A stretch of 64,000 nt of DNA from Ruminococcus sp. (GCA_014799785.1 JAAVHI010000051.1:9535-73534), one strand, 5' to 3'. Counted from the first letter of the stretch, positions 28,466 through 38,396 are shown. The notes: generated by a model from the letters alone, not told the origin. Program-made: numbers and translations.

Positions 28466-30880
28466 TTATTTTACCACGATATTTACCAGTCTGCCCTTGA
28501 CGTAAATTTCCTTTACAATTGTCTTTCCGTCCATAGCCGCCGCGACCGCGCCGTCCGCCTTGGCAAGTCCCAGAACCTCGTCCTGCTCAGCCTCCGCGGG
28601 AATATTTATCTTTGCCTTGATCTTGCCGTTGACCTGAACCGCAACCTCGATAGTGCTGTCAATGCAGAGCTTTTCGTCGTACTTGACCCACTCCTGCTCG
28701 TTCAGTATGCCGCCGAATATCACGCTGTACATTTCCTCGGTAATATGTGGAGCAAACGGATTGAGCAAGGTCAACAAGGTTTTCATCTCGGCTTTGTTGA
28801 TACTGCCGATGCTATAGATCTCGTTGATAAGGCTCATCATCGCCGCGATCGCAGTGTTGAACTTCATCGCTTCGATATCCTCGGTGACTTTCTTAATGGT
28901 CTTGTGCATAAGAGAAACCGTTTCGGGACGGTACTCATCGCCGTCGATAAGCTTCTCCTGCAAAGCCCAGACCCTGTCAAGGAAACGTTTGCAGCCCTTC
29001 ATGCTGGTCTCGCTCCATGGTGCGGCCTGCTCGTAGTCGCCCATAAAGAGTACATAAACACGGAGGACGTCCGCGCCGTACTGGTCTACAACGTCGTTGG
29101 GGTCAACAACGTTGCCCTTGGATTTGCTCATCTTCTCGCCGTCAGGTCCGAGAACAAGTCCCTGAGCCGTTCTCTTTGCGTAAGGCTCGTCGCAGGGAAC
29201 TTCTCCCTTGTCAAACAAAAATCTGTGCCAGAATCTGGAATAGATCATATGGCGGGTAACGTGCTCCATGCCGCCGTTGTACCAGTCAACGGGCATCCAG
29301 TATTTGAGCGCCTCCTGCGAAGCGAAAGCCTGATCGTTGCCGGGGTCGCAGTAGCGGAGGAAGTACCATGAAGAACCTGCCCACTGAGGCATTGTGTCGG
29401 TCTCACGCTTTGCGTCGCCGCCGCACTTGGGACATTTGCAGTGTACGAACTCGTCTATTTTTGCAAGGGGACTTTCACCGTCCGTACCCGGCTGGAAATT
29501 CTCCACGGGAGGAAGCTTCAGAGGAAGCTCGTCGTAAGGAACGGCTACCATTCCGCACTTGGGACAATGCACGATAGGGATTGGCTCGCCCCAGTATCTC
29601 TGACGGTTGAACGCCCAGTCTTTCATCTTATACTGAACGCCCTTTTCGCCGCAGCCCTTTTCCGCAATGATATCCAGCATTTTTGCGATAGCGTCCTTTT
29701 TGTTGGAAATGCCGTTGAGAACGCCCGAATTAATCATCTCGCCCTCGCCTGTGTAGGCTTCCTTGTCAATGTCTCCGCCGTTTATTACGGGGATAATGTC
29801 AATGCCGAATTTCTTGGCGAATTCGTAGTCACGTGTATCATGTGCGGGAACAGCCATTATCGCGCCTGTGCCGTAGCCCATCATAACGTAGTCGGAGATA
29901 TAGATGGGAACTTCCTTTTCGGTAACGGGATTTATAGCCGTCAGACCGTCTATTTTCACGCCTGTTTTGTCCTTGACAAGCTGTGTACGCTCGAACTCGC
30001 TCTTCTTGGCGCACTCGGCTTTATAGGCGTCGAGAGCGTCAATATTTGCAATGCTGTCTCTGTACTTTTCAATAATAGGGTGCTCGGGAGCGATTACCAT
30101 AAACGTTACGCCGTAAAGGGTATCGGGACGTGTGGTGTAAATGCGGAGCTGTTCGCCGTTCTCCTTGACGGTAAAGTTCACGAACGCGCCTGTGGACTTG
30201 CCTATCCAGTTCTCCTGCTGGAGACGGATATTCGGCAGATAATTTACCTCGTCCAGACCCTGCAAAAGCTTGTCCGCGTACTCGGTAATGCGGAGATACC
30301 AAACCTCCTTGGTTTTCTGCACGATATCGCTGTGGCAGATGTCGCACTTGCCGCCCTGGGAATCTTCGTTGGAAAGAACTACCTTACAGCTGGGGCAGTA
30401 GTTTACCAGCGTTTTGTCTCTGAAAACAAGACCGTTCTCGAACATTTTCAGGAATATCCACTGCGTCCACTTGTAGTACTTTTCATCTGTGGTGTCGATT
30501 ACCCTTGACCAGTCAAAGGAAAATCCCACGCGCTTAAGCTGATTTGTAAACTTTGCGATATTGTTGTCCGTAACCAGACGGGGGTGTACGCCTGTTTTCA
30601 CCGCAGTGTTCTCGGTGGGAAGACCGTATGCGTCAAAGCCTATGGGGAACAGAACGTTGTAGCCCTCCAGACGGCGTTTGCGGCTGACCACTTCAAGTCC
30701 CGAATAAGCCTTGATGTGACCAACGTGCATACCCGCTCCCGAGGGGTAGGGGAACTCGACAAGGGCGTAGAACTTAGGCTTTTTGCTACCTGTTTCCGCC
30801 TTGAAGGTGCCGTGTTCCTCCCAGTAGTTCTGCCATTTTTTTTCAATGGACGAATAGTCGTATTTTTCCACTGTAATCAT
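28466..30880 (-). CDS. leuS: leucine--tRNA ligase
   Basis: PYPSGAGMHVGH (HIGH) and KMSKSKGN (KMSKS) motifs. 804 aa. Confidence 0.95.
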   Translation of the reverse strand: MITVEKYDYSSIEKKWQNYWEEHGTFKAETGSKKPKFYALVEFPYPSGAGMHVGHIKAYSGLEVVSRKRRLEGYNVLFPIGFDAYGLPTENTAVKTGVHPRLVTDNNIAKFTNQLKRVGFSFDWSRVIDTTDEKYYKWTQWIFLKMFENGLVFRDKTLVNYCPSCKVVLSNEDSQGGKCDICHSDIVQKTKEVWYLRITEYADKLLQGLDEVNYLPNIRLQQENWIGKSTGAFVNFTVKENGEQLRIYTTRPDTLYGVTFMVIAPEHPIIEKYRDSIANIDALDAYKAECAKKSEFERTQLVKDKTGVKIDGLTAINPVTEKEVPIYISDYVMMGYGTGAIMAVPAHDTRDYEFAKKFGIDIIPVINGGDIDKEAYTGEGEMINSGVLNGISNKKDAIAKMLDIIAEKGCGEKGVQYKMKDWAFNRQRYWGEPIPIVHCPKCGMVAVPYDELPLKLPPVENFQPGTDGESPLAKIDEFVHCKCPKCGGDAKRETDTMPQWAGSSWYFLRYCDPGNDQAFASQEALKYWMPVDWYNGGMEHVTRHMIYSRFWHRFLFDKGEVPCDEPYAKRTAQGLVLGPDGEKMSKSKGNVVDPNDVVDQYGADVLRVYVLFMGDYEQAAPWSETSMKGCKRFLDRVWALQEKLIDGDEYRPETVSLMHKTIKKVTEDIEAMKFNTAIAAMMSLINEIYSIGSINKAEMKTLLTLLNPFAPHITEEMYSVIFGGILNEQEWVKYDEKLCIDSTIEVAVQVNGKIKAKINIPAEAEQDEVLGLAKADGAVAAAMDGKTIVKEIYVKGRLVNIVVK

Positions 30881-30908
30881 TCCTTTGCATTTTTTTGCGT
30901 AATTTTAT

Positions 30909-31295
30909 TCAATCGTCCTTGCCGGACTCTGTGCCGCTCATTTCACGGAGGTACTGTTTAAGATTTTTATTCATAAGTACAATAAGCGTCATAATATCAA
31001 TAAGCGCCGCGACCGCCATCACAGCAGTAATAATAGTATTCAGCAGCTCGGGCGCGCCCGCGGTTTTCACCGCAAACCATATTATCAGCATAAATGGTAT
31101 GTCCGCGATACGAAGCAGTACGCCTATATTCCGCGACGCAAAATTTCCTTTTTTTATGCCGTTCGCCGCCCAGAAGCCGATAATTGCCAGCGGTATATTA
31201 AGCGTCAGCAGCGACAGGACTGCGCCTGTCCCGCAGAAGAATGCTGCCGCAGAAGCAGCCGATCTGCCTTTTTCCGCGCTTTCCGACAAAGTCAT
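30909..31295 (-). CDS. small hypothetical membrane protein
   Basis: Three to four hydrophobic helices. Lies inside the rsfS-leuS gene string. Confidence 0.5.
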   Translation of the reverse strand: MTLSESAEKGRSAASAAAFFCGTGAVLSLLTLNIPLAIIGFWAANGIKKGNFASRNIGVLLRIADIPFMLIIWFAVKTAGAPELLNTIITAVMAVAALIDIMTLIVLMNKNLKQYLREMSGTESGKDD

Positions 31296-31300
31296 TCAGA

Positions 31301-31657
31301 TCACTCCAAATACTGTTTTATGTCAACGTCGTGACCGTCGCTCCAAAGTCTTTCCAGATTATAGAAATCCCTTGTTTCCTTATAGAAAATGTGTACCACA
31401 ACGTCCGAATAATCGAGTACGATCCAGTTTGAACCGTTGTTTCCCTGTACCTGCCTCGGCTCTCTGCCCATTTCTTTAAGGCGGAATTCAAGCTCGTCCG
31501 CCAGAGATTTGGTATGAGTGGAGGAAGTACCGTCCGCGATAATGAAGTAGTCCGCGATGATCGTCAGGTCGCCTATTCCTATTACGCGTATGTCCTCCGC
31601 CTTTTTGCTGTCAAGAATCTTCACAGCCGCTTTTATAAGCTCCTCTTGCGTCATCAT
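31301..31657 (-). CDS. rsfS: ribosome silencing factor RsfS
   Basis: IADYFIIADGTSSTH...WIVLDYSDVVVHIF...FYNLERLW. Confidence 0.9.
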   Translation of the reverse strand: MMTQEELIKAAVKILDSKKAEDIRVIGIGDLTIIADYFIIADGTSSTHTKSLADELEFRLKEMGREPRQVQGNNGSNWIVLDYSDVVVHIFYKETRDFYNLERLWSDGHDVDIKQYLE

Positions 31658-32250
31658 ATCTCCGTCCTTTCTTTTTTCTTTTCCGAAATGTATTGATTGT
31701 ACGCCTCAATGGTGTGGTGCGGAAGCATAGAGCCTTTCGCAACCACGTCCGCAATGGAAAATCTCAGCGCCTCCAGCATGGTTTTTTCAATGCTCTGGTA
31801 GGCGTATTTCCGCATTTTGTTAACGTCCTTGTAGTTCCTGTCCGCCGAGATAAGGTCGGCAATGTAAATAATTTCCTCCAGACGGCTCATGCCGGCCCTG
31901 CCTACAGTATGGTACCGCACCGCGTTGAGAATGTCCTCGTCGTGGACGTTCAGCACGTTCTCGGAGTACCACGCTCCTGCTATGGCATGATAAAGCGGAG
32001 GGGTCACAAGTTCCACAGGCGAAACGTCCAGCGTGGATTTTTTCGCCATTATGAGCTGCTCCTCCTTGGGTATCTCCTTGCAGATGTCGTGAAGAAGTCC
32101 TGTCAGATACGCCTTTTCGGGCGAGTGGTAGTTGTACTTCTCCGCCAGCTTTTCGGCTTCCTCTGCAACGTTCAGACTGTGCTGGAAACGCTTTTTGGAA
32201 AGCCTTATACTGAGGATATCGGTAAGTTCGGCAGCGGAATACATAGACAT
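31654..32250 (-). CDS. yqeK: HD-domain bis(5'-nucleosyl)-tetraphosphatase YqeK
   Basis: RFQHSLNV...GLLHDICK HD motifs. ATGA overlap with rsfS. Downstream of nadD. Confidence 0.85.
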   Translation of the reverse strand: MSMYSAAELTDILSIRLSKKRFQHSLNVAEEAEKLAEKYNYHSPEKAYLTGLLHDICKEIPKEEQLIMAKKSTLDVSPVELVTPPLYHAIAGAWYSENVLNVHDEDILNAVRYHTVGRAGMSRLEEIIYIADLISADRNYKDVNKMRKYAYQSIEKTMLEALRFSIADVVAKGSMLPHHTIEAYNQYISEKKKERTEI

Positions 32251-32313
32251 TTCCCCTTACAAATTCTCTGCGCGTACAGCAGAAGCCTTGTCCGCGGTAC
32301 GGGCGGGACGGTA

Positions 32314-32922
32314 TTATTCCCGGTAAAGATTATTTTCCAATATATATTTTACTACATTTTGCGGAACATAGCAAGATAAATCGCAATTTTTTATAATTTT
32401 TTCACGAATTTCCGTAGAAGAAATTTCCAGCGGCTCTGTTTTTACAAAAATTACCTCTCCGAATTTGCGCAGTTCTGCCGCTTTTTTTTCAAGCTCGTCC
32501 GTATCCGCGCCGTCCGTTTGGCGGGAAACCGCCGCAAGTCCGCACATGGAAAGTATTTCCTGCCAGCTTTTCCATCTGTCAAAGGACATGAGCATATCCC
32601 CGCCCACAAGCAGGAAAAGTTCGTCGTCGGGGTACAGACCGTGAAAATGCCACACCGTGTCCACCGTATAGCTTACGCCGCCCTGTGATACCTCGTAGTC
32701 GCTTACCGTTACAAACGGCATATCCGCAAAGGCGAGACGGCACATTTCAAGCCTGTCCGCACTGTTTGCGGGACGGCGTTTCATGTCCTTTTTAAACGGG
32801 GAAATTCCCGTGGGCATGACGATTACCTCGTCAAGCCGCAGGGCTTTCTGAAGCTCCGAAGCGAGACTGACGTGTCCCTTGTGAACGGGGTCGAAGCTGC
32901 CCCCGAATATCGCTCTGCGCAT
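32314..32922 (-). CDS. nadD: nicotinate-nucleotide adenylyltransferase
   Basis: IFGGSFDPVHKGH motif. 202 aa. Confidence 0.9.
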   Translation of the reverse strand: MRRAIFGGSFDPVHKGHVSLASELQKALRLDEVIVMPTGISPFKKDMKRRPANSADRLEMCRLAFADMPFVTVSDYEVSQGGVSYTVDTVWHFHGLYPDDELFLLVGGDMLMSFDRWKSWQEILSMCGLAAVSRQTDGADTDELEKKAAELRKFGEVIFVKTEPLEISSTEIREKIIKNCDLSCYVPQNVVKYILENNLYRE

Positions 32923-33218
32923 TACTTGACCTTGAGGTCGATCTTGGGATTCTGGGGATTGCGCTTAAAAAGCACAAACTTGTTTCCGATGACCTGTACC
33001 ACCTCGGACTTTGTTTTCTCCGCAAGCTCCTCCGCCGCCTCGGCAGGGGACAGCATACAGCCGTCCTGGACTTTCATTTTGATAAGCTCACGGGCTTTGA
33101 GAGCGTCCGAGACCTGAACAACCAGTGTGTCTATGATACCGTTTTTTCCCACCTGCAAAATGGTGTCCTCGGTCATTGCAATGCTTTTCAGCTTTGATCT
33201 TTGTTTGCTTGTTATCAT
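32922..33218 (-). CDS. yhbY: RNA-binding ribosome assembly protein YhbY (CRM domain)
   Basis: ITSKQRSKLKSIAM...LQVGKNG. ATG at 33218 after GAAAGGA is preferred over the TTG at 33239. Confidence 0.8.
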   Translation of the reverse strand: MITSKQRSKLKSIAMTEDTILQVGKNGIIDTLVVQVSDALKARELIKMKVQDGCMLSPAEAAEELAEKTKSEVVQVIGNKFVLFKRNPQNPKIDLKVK

Positions 33219-33261
33219 AATATCAATTCCTTTCGGCAACTTTTGTAAATTTGTGTTATTT

Positions 33262-33900
33262 TTATACTCCGAGGATATTTTTCGCCGCGTCGTAGACCTC
33301 GGAAAAGCTTTTTACCGCGGGGACGTCTCTGTCAACGCTTCCGAAGCCGTAAGCCGCGTGGATAAAGGGTACTCCCGCGGAGTCGGATGCGTCCATGTCG
33401 CCTTGTGTGTCCCCTACGTAGACAGCCTTGTCAAGACCGTTCCGCTCCATGACAATGCGGATATTTTCCGCCTTTGCAAAGCCCGTTCCGCCGGGACACT
33501 CAAAGTCGGCAAAGTATTTTCCAAGCTTGTGGTACTCCAAAAAGGTCTCGATGTAGCCGCTCTGACAGTTGCTGACGATAAACAGTTTTCCAAGACCGCA
33601 GAGACGTTCAAGCTCCCTTTCAAGGTCGGGGAACAGCACTCCGCCGTGCTTTTCAAGATATTCCTGCTCCACACGCTCGCACTCGTGCATTATCTCTATC
33701 CTGAGAGACGGTTCAAGTTCGGGAAGCATAAGCTCGGCAATGGTCTCCATGGTTTTTCCCATAAAGCTCCGCATATCCTCGCCGGTGACCTGCCTGTCCG
33801 TTTCGGGACGGCGCGCCAGAGCTTCGCTCCACGAGACGGCGACCTGCTCTGAGGAGTCCCAAAGCGTTCCGTCAAGGTCAAAAATAATTCCGTAATTCAT
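33262..33900 (-). CDS. HAD-superfamily hydrolase
   Basis: FDLDGTLWDS motif I, SN motif II, GDTQGDMDAS motif IV. Confidence 0.75.
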   Translation of the reverse strand: MNYGIIFDLDGTLWDSSEQVAVSWSEALARRPETDRQVTGEDMRSFMGKTMETIAELMLPELEPSLRIEIMHECERVEQEYLEKHGGVLFPDLERELERLCGLGKLFIVSNCQSGYIETFLEYHKLGKYFADFECPGGTGFAKAENIRIVMERNGLDKAVYVGDTQGDMDASDSAGVPFIHAAYGFGSVDRDVPAVKSFSEVYDAAKNILGV

Positions 33901-33943
33901 AAAAATGCTCCTAATCTATAAATGTATTTCAAAATTTCGGCAT

Positions 33944-34036
33944 CTCACCCGCCCCCTTGAGGGGGCTTGATGCAGTAAAGATACTTATATTTTACCGAGG
34001 GGGTGACACAGCCTGCGGGGGCTCCCCGCTGCCCGC
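33944..34036 (-). repeat. GC-clamped intercistronic repeat, copy 2
   Basis: Abuts the queF stop codon. Same three conserved blocks as 27283..27367, flanking a different AT-rich centre. Confidence 0.6.
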
Positions 34037-34534
34037 TTAGCGGTTATCTATTTTTTCGGGGTACAGATCGTGATGAGTAAGACGGTCAACAGCGACCTGT
34101 TCCCACATTGTACCCTTTTTGCCGTAGTTGCAGTAGGGGTCTATGGAAATTCCGCCGCGGGGAGTGAACTTTCCCCAGACCTCGATATATTTGGGATCCA
34201 TAAGCTTTATCAGGTCTTTCATGATGATGTTCATGCAGTCCTCGTGGAAGTCTCCGTGATTGCGGAAGCTGTAGAGATAAAGCTTCAGGGACTTGCTTTC
34301 CACCATTCTTTCCGCGGGGACGTAGGAAATATACACAGTCGCAAAGTCGGGCTGTCCCGTTATGGGGCAAAGACTTGTAAACTCGGGACAGTTAAATTTC
34401 ACGAAATAGTCGTTGTCGGGGTGCTTGTTTACAAAGGTCTCCAGCACCTCGGGGGCGTAATCAGTGGGGTATTTGGTCTTTTGGTTTCCGAGAAGAGTTA
34501 CTCCCTCGGTCTCGGTTTTTGTGCGTCCTGACAT
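34037..34534 (-). CDS. queF: NADPH-dependent 7-cyano-7-deazaguanine reductase
   Basis: [25 protein letters not shown] motif. 165 aa (type I QueF). Confidence 0.9.
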   Translation of the reverse strand: MSGRTKTETEGVTLLGNQKTKYPTDYAPEVLETFVNKHPDNDYFVKFNCPEFTSLCPITGQPDFATVYISYVPAERMVESKSLKLYLYSFRNHGDFHEDCMNIIMKDLIKLMDPKYIEVWGKFTPRGGISIDPYCNYGKKGTMWEQVAVDRLTHHDLYPEKIDNR

Positions 34535-34667
34535 TTTTATCTTCCTTTCAAAAATCTATGTCTTAAAATTACAGGCAGTTTCGCTCACTGCAATATTATA
34601 CACTATAATCAGGATAAATTCAACTTATTTTTCCATTTGCGAAAGTCCGTGAAAAATTTAAATGCGG

Positions 34668-34696
34668 TTGACATTAAAATAACGGCATGATATAAT
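34668..34696 (+). promoter_or_regulatory. consensus sigma-A promoter
   Basis: TTGACA, 17 nt, TATAAT, about 45 nt upstream of the ATG at 34740. Confidence 0.55.
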
Positions 34697-34739
34697 GAAT
34701 TAAAATATAGTATTTAACGTCCAAACGGGAGATGTTTTA

Positions 34740-35147
34740 ATGAAAAAAATAATTATTATTGCTGTAATTGCAGTTGTCCTTGCCGCTGCGGCGGTGCTGT
34801 TTATAATTGGTAAAAATGACGTTGTGAGCGCTGATGTGACCATGGACATATCTCAAGTAACTGTTGACAAATTCAGCGGTCAAGATGAACGGGATATCAT
34901 TGCGAGAATTGATAAGGAAAACAGAATAGCCGATGTACTGTCCGATCTGGATTGGGTCGATCACGCTGTGGTAACTGTTTCGGATTCCGATAAAGATTTA
35001 TTCGTAGCAGCCGTACTGACCGTAAGCAGGGAGCCGTCCTCGGACGACGCGGGCGATGCGGCGTACATAATATCGCGGTACGTTGAAAACGCGGATATTC
35101 TTATCACAGACCAAAATTCAAATGTTATCTATCCTGTTTCGGAATAA
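34740..35147 (+). CDS. hypothetical membrane-anchored protein
   Basis: N-terminal TM segment IIIIAVIAVVLAAAAVLFII. No family recognised. Confidence 0.5.
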   Translation: MKKIIIIAVIAVVLAAAAVLFIIGKNDVVSADVTMDISQVTVDKFSGQDERDIIARIDKENRIADVLSDLDWVDHAVVTVSDSDKDLFVAAVLTVSREPSSDDAGDAAYIISRYVENADILITDQNSNVIYPVSE

Positions 35148-35162
35148 AAAAATTTCCCCGCA

Positions 35163-35690
35163 TTATTTTCTTACGGAATATAAATAGTGGGGCATATTAA
35201 CACCTCGATAATGCTTCACCATAATTTCATCTGATTTAGTCATACCGTTTCGCAGAGCGACCCTCTGCGAGGCGGTATTTGTGTCTCTGATAATGGAGCA
35301 TACCTCCTCTGCGTTAAGCGTTGAAAAAGCATACTCCTTGCAGGCTTTTGCGGCTTCCGTGGCATAGCCGTTGTGCCAGTACGCGCGCTGAAAAAGATAT
35401 CCTATTTCAAGGATTTTTCTATTGTTCCATTCCTGCATGGTAAGTCCGCACTGTCCTATCATGACCTCGGTTTCTTTCAGCACTACCGCCCACAAGCCAA
35501 AGCCGTATTTTTCATATCGGGCAAGCTGTTTGTCAAGCCACTCCTGCGTTTCGGTATCGCTGAACGCACCGTTGTAAGCGTACATTGTTTCCTCGTCCTG
35601 CAAGATTTTGCAGAGGGAACTATAGTCGGACTGCGTTAGTTTGCGGAGGTATAAGCGTTCGGTTTCAAGTATTACTTTTGTGCTTTCCAT
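35163..35690 (-). CDS. GNAT-family N-acetyltransferase (RimJ/RimL-like)
   Basis: ATG at 35690 gives MESTKVILETERLYLRKLT...; QRAYWHNGYATEAAKA motif A. Confidence 0.7.
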   Translation of the reverse strand: MESTKVILETERLYLRKLTQSDYSSLCKILQDEETMYAYNGAFSDTETQEWLDKQLARYEKYGFGLWAVVLKETEVMIGQCGLTMQEWNNRKILEIGYLFQRAYWHNGYATEAAKACKEYAFSTLNAEEVCSIIRDTNTASQRVALRNGMTKSDEIMVKHYRGVNMPHYLYSVRK

Positions 35691-35694
35691 TGGG

Positions 35695-36327
35695 TCAGTC
35701 CTTTCTGAATAAAATGTGCCAAACATCGTCCCCCGTAAAGCCGCATTTCCTATATAAAATTTCAGGCTTTGAAGCATTATCGACTTTTCCCGAAACCGTT
35801 GCAAAATCAGCCTTTTCAGCTATTCTGCAAAGCAGCTCATTAACAATAAGCCGACCTATTTTATTCCCCCGATATTCGGGAAGCACCTGTATCCATTCAA
35901 GTATACCCTCTTTTGCTTTGTCGTCAAAATCGGCAATACCGCAGCCAATGGCAAAATTATTTTCTTTATCATAAGCTATTATCCAAAGATTGTTGTCGTA
36001 AACGTCAAGTTGTGTAAGAGCCGATATTTGTTCGCATGAAACTGATATATCCGTGTACGATTTATTTATTAAATCAACTATCAGCGGAATATCTTCGGGA
36101 GCGGCAGTTCTAACAGTAAAATCATCAAGGGTAAAAGCCTTGATATTTTCAAGCCTATGGATAAGACGGAAATATTTTTCGTCGGTAAAGTCAGAAAAAT
36201 TTTCCGCATTAAAATCATTTTGATGAACGATTTTAATGTGTTCGGGAGTAATAATATTTTTGTTTTTCCAATATGGGATAGAAAGCGTTCCGCATGGGTC
36301 TTTCAAATATTCTGTTAATGAAATCAT
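35695..36327 (-). CDS. GNAT-family N-acetyltransferase
   Basis: IQVLPEYRGNKIGRLIVNELL motif A. Overlaps the queC stop by 4 nt. Confidence 0.65.
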   Translation of the reverse strand: MISLTEYLKDPCGTLSIPYWKNKNIITPEHIKIVHQNDFNAENFSDFTDEKYFRLIHRLENIKAFTLDDFTVRTAAPEDIPLIVDLINKSYTDISVSCEQISALTQLDVYDNNLWIIAYDKENNFAIGCGIADFDDKAKEGILEWIQVLPEYRGNKIGRLIVNELLCRIAEKADFATVSGKVDNASKPEILYRKCGFTGDDVWHILFRKD

Positions 36328-37010
36328 ATTTCCTCCATAAGCGGGTCTTTAACCCCGTTCTCCTCAAACGCCGCAAGCCTGTCCCGACAAGTGCCGCAAA
36401 CTCCGCAGGGGACGTCCCCGCCCTCGTAGCAGCTCCATGTAAGCTCATATGGAACGCCAAGCTCCAGACCGGTTTTCACAACCTGCGCCTTGTTCATTCC
36501 CACAAAGGGAGCTTCAATTTTCACCTGTCCGCCGCTGCCCTCCCAGACGGCTTTGTTCATAGCTTCGTTGAACGCGGGGGAGCAGTCGGGATAAGCGTTC
36601 CCCGCGGAATCGTCCGCGTGCGCGCCATATAAAATCACGCCGCAGTCCTTGGAAAGCGCAACGCTTGCCGCCGCCGAAATAAACAGACCGTTCCGAAACG
36701 GCACATATGTTGAAACGGGAGAACCGTCGGTTTTTTCAAGCTGCTCGGCATAGCTTTCGTGAGGAATTTCCTCCTTGGACTGCGCCAGCAGGGAACAGTC
36801 GCTGTACTGAAAAATAAGACTAAGGTCAAGCTTGATATGCTCCACGCTGTAATAGTCCGCAACAGCGTTTGCAGCTTTAATTTCCTTGGTATGCTTCTGT
36901 CCGTAGAAAACGGAAAGAGCAACCACATTTTCCGAACCGTATTTTTTTACCGCCAGCGCAAGACAGGTGGAGCTATCCACACCGCCGCTGAATAAAACAA
37001 GTGCTTTCAT
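36324..37010 (-). CDS. queC: 7-cyano-7-deazaguanine synthase
   Basis: MKALVLFSGGVDSST PP-loop and a C-terminal CGVCGTC zinc cluster. ATG at 37010 after GGAGGAA. Confidence 0.9.
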   Translation of the reverse strand: MKALVLFSGGVDSSTCLALAVKKYGSENVVALSVFYGQKHTKEIKAANAVADYYSVEHIKLDLSLIFQYSDCSLLAQSKEEIPHESYAEQLEKTDGSPVSTYVPFRNGLFISAAASVALSKDCGVILYGAHADDSAGNAYPDCSPAFNEAMNKAVWEGSGGQVKIEAPFVGMNKAQVVKTGLELGVPYELTWSCYEGGDVPCGVCGTCRDRLAAFEENGVKDPLMEEI

Positions 37011-37041
37011 AAAAATTATTCCTCCGATTTTACAGACGCTT

Positions 37042-37815
37042 TCACGTCTCGTCATTATCTTCCTCAGTAAGATATCTCAGCATCTTTTCGGGATTTTCAA
37101 GAAACCTCCGCGTTACCCGATAATGCTCCGTATCCCTGTAACCCACACGCTCTATGCCGCTGTCGGAAAGCTGCAATACCTCCGCGCCCGGAAACGCCAG
37201 TAGTATCGGCGAGTGGGTCGCTATAATAAACTGTGAATTCTGCTTCACCAGCCTGTACATCTCCGCGATAAGGGTCATCAGCCGCATGGGGGACAAAGCC
37301 GCTTCGGGCTCGTCCAGAATATACAGACCGTTACCGAAAAAACGGTTCTGCACAAGCGCAAGAAAGCTTTCGCCGTGGGACTGCTCATGCAGGGATTTTC
37401 CGCCGTAGCCGCCGATGATAGGCGGACTTGCCGCAGGAATTTTGTCCAGTTCGTCAATGTAGGTAGCCGCGTTGAAAAAGCTTTCCACGCGGAGGAAAAA
37501 GCCGTCCTTGGGGTATCTGCTCCGCGAGACCGCGATATGCTCCCACAGCTCGGAGTGGAAATTCTCGCCGTCCCCCGACGTGGAAAAGCTGAAATTTTTC
37601 GTCCCGCCCTCGGGATTGAAGCCGCACGCCACGGCTATGGCTTCGATTAGGGTGGACTTTCCCGTGCCGTTTTCGCCCACGAAAAAAGTCACGTCCGAGT
37701 TAATGGGCAGCGAACCGCTTTTCTCCAGAAACCTGACCGCGGGAAGTTCCGCTAAATAGGACTTCTTGTCAACGGGCTTTTTCATGATTATCTCGTCGAT
37801 ATAACGCCGCGTCAT
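37042..37815 (-). CDS. stand-alone ABC/SMC-fold ATPase (COG3910-like), function unknown
   Basis: Walker [11 protein letters not shown]-loop/signature-like SHGES, Walker [14 protein letters not shown]-loop ATHSP. No TM or transporter partner. ATGA overlap with folE. Confidence 0.7.
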   Translation of the reverse strand: MTRRYIDEIIMKKPVDKKSYLAELPAVRFLEKSGSLPINSDVTFFVGENGTGKSTLIEAIAVACGFNPEGGTKNFSFSTSGDGENFHSELWEHIAVSRSRYPKDGFFLRVESFFNAATYIDELDKIPAASPPIIGGYGGKSLHEQSHGESFLALVQNRFFGNGLYILDEPEAALSPMRLMTLIAEMYRLVKQNSQFIIATHSPILLAFPGAEVLQLSDSGIERVGYRDTEHYRVTRRFLENPEKMLRYLTEEDNDET

Positions 37816-38396
37816 TTCATGTTCACCTGCAAAAACAGCCTGTTCTGCAAAGCCGTGTCGTTCTCGAATCGTCCCCGCAGAGTGACCGTAGCTGTCTGGG
37901 CGGAGGGCTTTTTTATCCCCCTTGCGGTCATGCAGCTGTGGCTTGCCTCGATAAAGACAGCAACGTCCTCCGAGCCGCTTGCAAGCTGCATAATTTCCGC
38001 AATATCCGAGCCGATACGCTCCTGCAATTGGAGACGCTTTGCCGCCATATCCGCAATACGGGCAATTTTGGAAAGCCCCAGAACACGTCCCTTTGGAATA
38101 TAAGCCACCGTGACTTTCATGTCGTACATAAGCGCAAGGTGGTGCTCACAGTAGGAAAAGACCTCGATATCCCGCACAATAACAATATCGTTTTCCGTGT
38201 ATTTCGTTTCAAAGGATTTTGCGAACATCTCGGCAATTTCCCGATTGGAATAATTCATTCCCTCGAAAACCTCGCCGTACATTTTCGCAACACGGGCAGG
38301 GGTCTCCCGCAAGCCCTCGCGGTCTGGGTCGTCCCCCAAAGCCTTTAGTATGCCGCGGATATGTTCTTCTATTGCGGCGTAATCAATTTTATCCAT
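37812..38396 (-). CDS. folE: GTP cyclohydrolase I
   Basis: FSYCEHHLA...[10 protein letters not shown]...QERI motifs. ATG at 38396 lies 8 nt after AAGGAG. Confidence 0.9.
   Translation of the reverse strand: MDKIDYAAIEEHIRGILKALGDDPDREGLRETPARVAKMYGEVFEGMNYSNREIAEMFAKSFETKYTENDIVIVRDIEVFSYCEHHLALMYDMKVTVAYIPKGRVLGLSKIARIADMAAKRLQLQERIGSDIAEIMQLASGSEDVAVFIEASHSCMTARGIKKPSAQTATVTLRGRFENDTALQNRLFLQVNMK

Noticed and set aside
29441-30508. 355-aa ORF antisense to leuS. Similar long antisense ORFs lie at 21623..22537 (fucI), 23624..24430 (metK), 15716..16522 (acn), 48166..49107 (vWA), 57529..58302 (prfB), 60000..60743 (speB), 11343..12008 (rex), 31693..32379 (yqeK) and 33127..33852 (HAD)
   Set aside because: Every one lies opposite a gene with unmistakable conserved motifs. 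Their translations are R/G/V/L-rich with no motifs or RBS. This is the usual codon-bias shadow effect.
30881-30908. T-box leader expected upstream of leuS
   Set aside because: Only 28 nt separate leuS from the upstream same-strand ORF. No specifier or T-box sequence is possible there, and leuS appears to be co-transcribed with rsfS and its neighbours.
34535-34667. Possible preQ1 riboswitch in the queF leader
   Set aside because: A good promoter is present (TTGAAT, 17 nt, TATAAT on the minus strand). However, the leader (GCAG-UGAGCGAAA-CUGC then CUGUAAUUUUAAGACAUAG) lacks the A-rich AAAAAACUA tail and pseudoknot potential.
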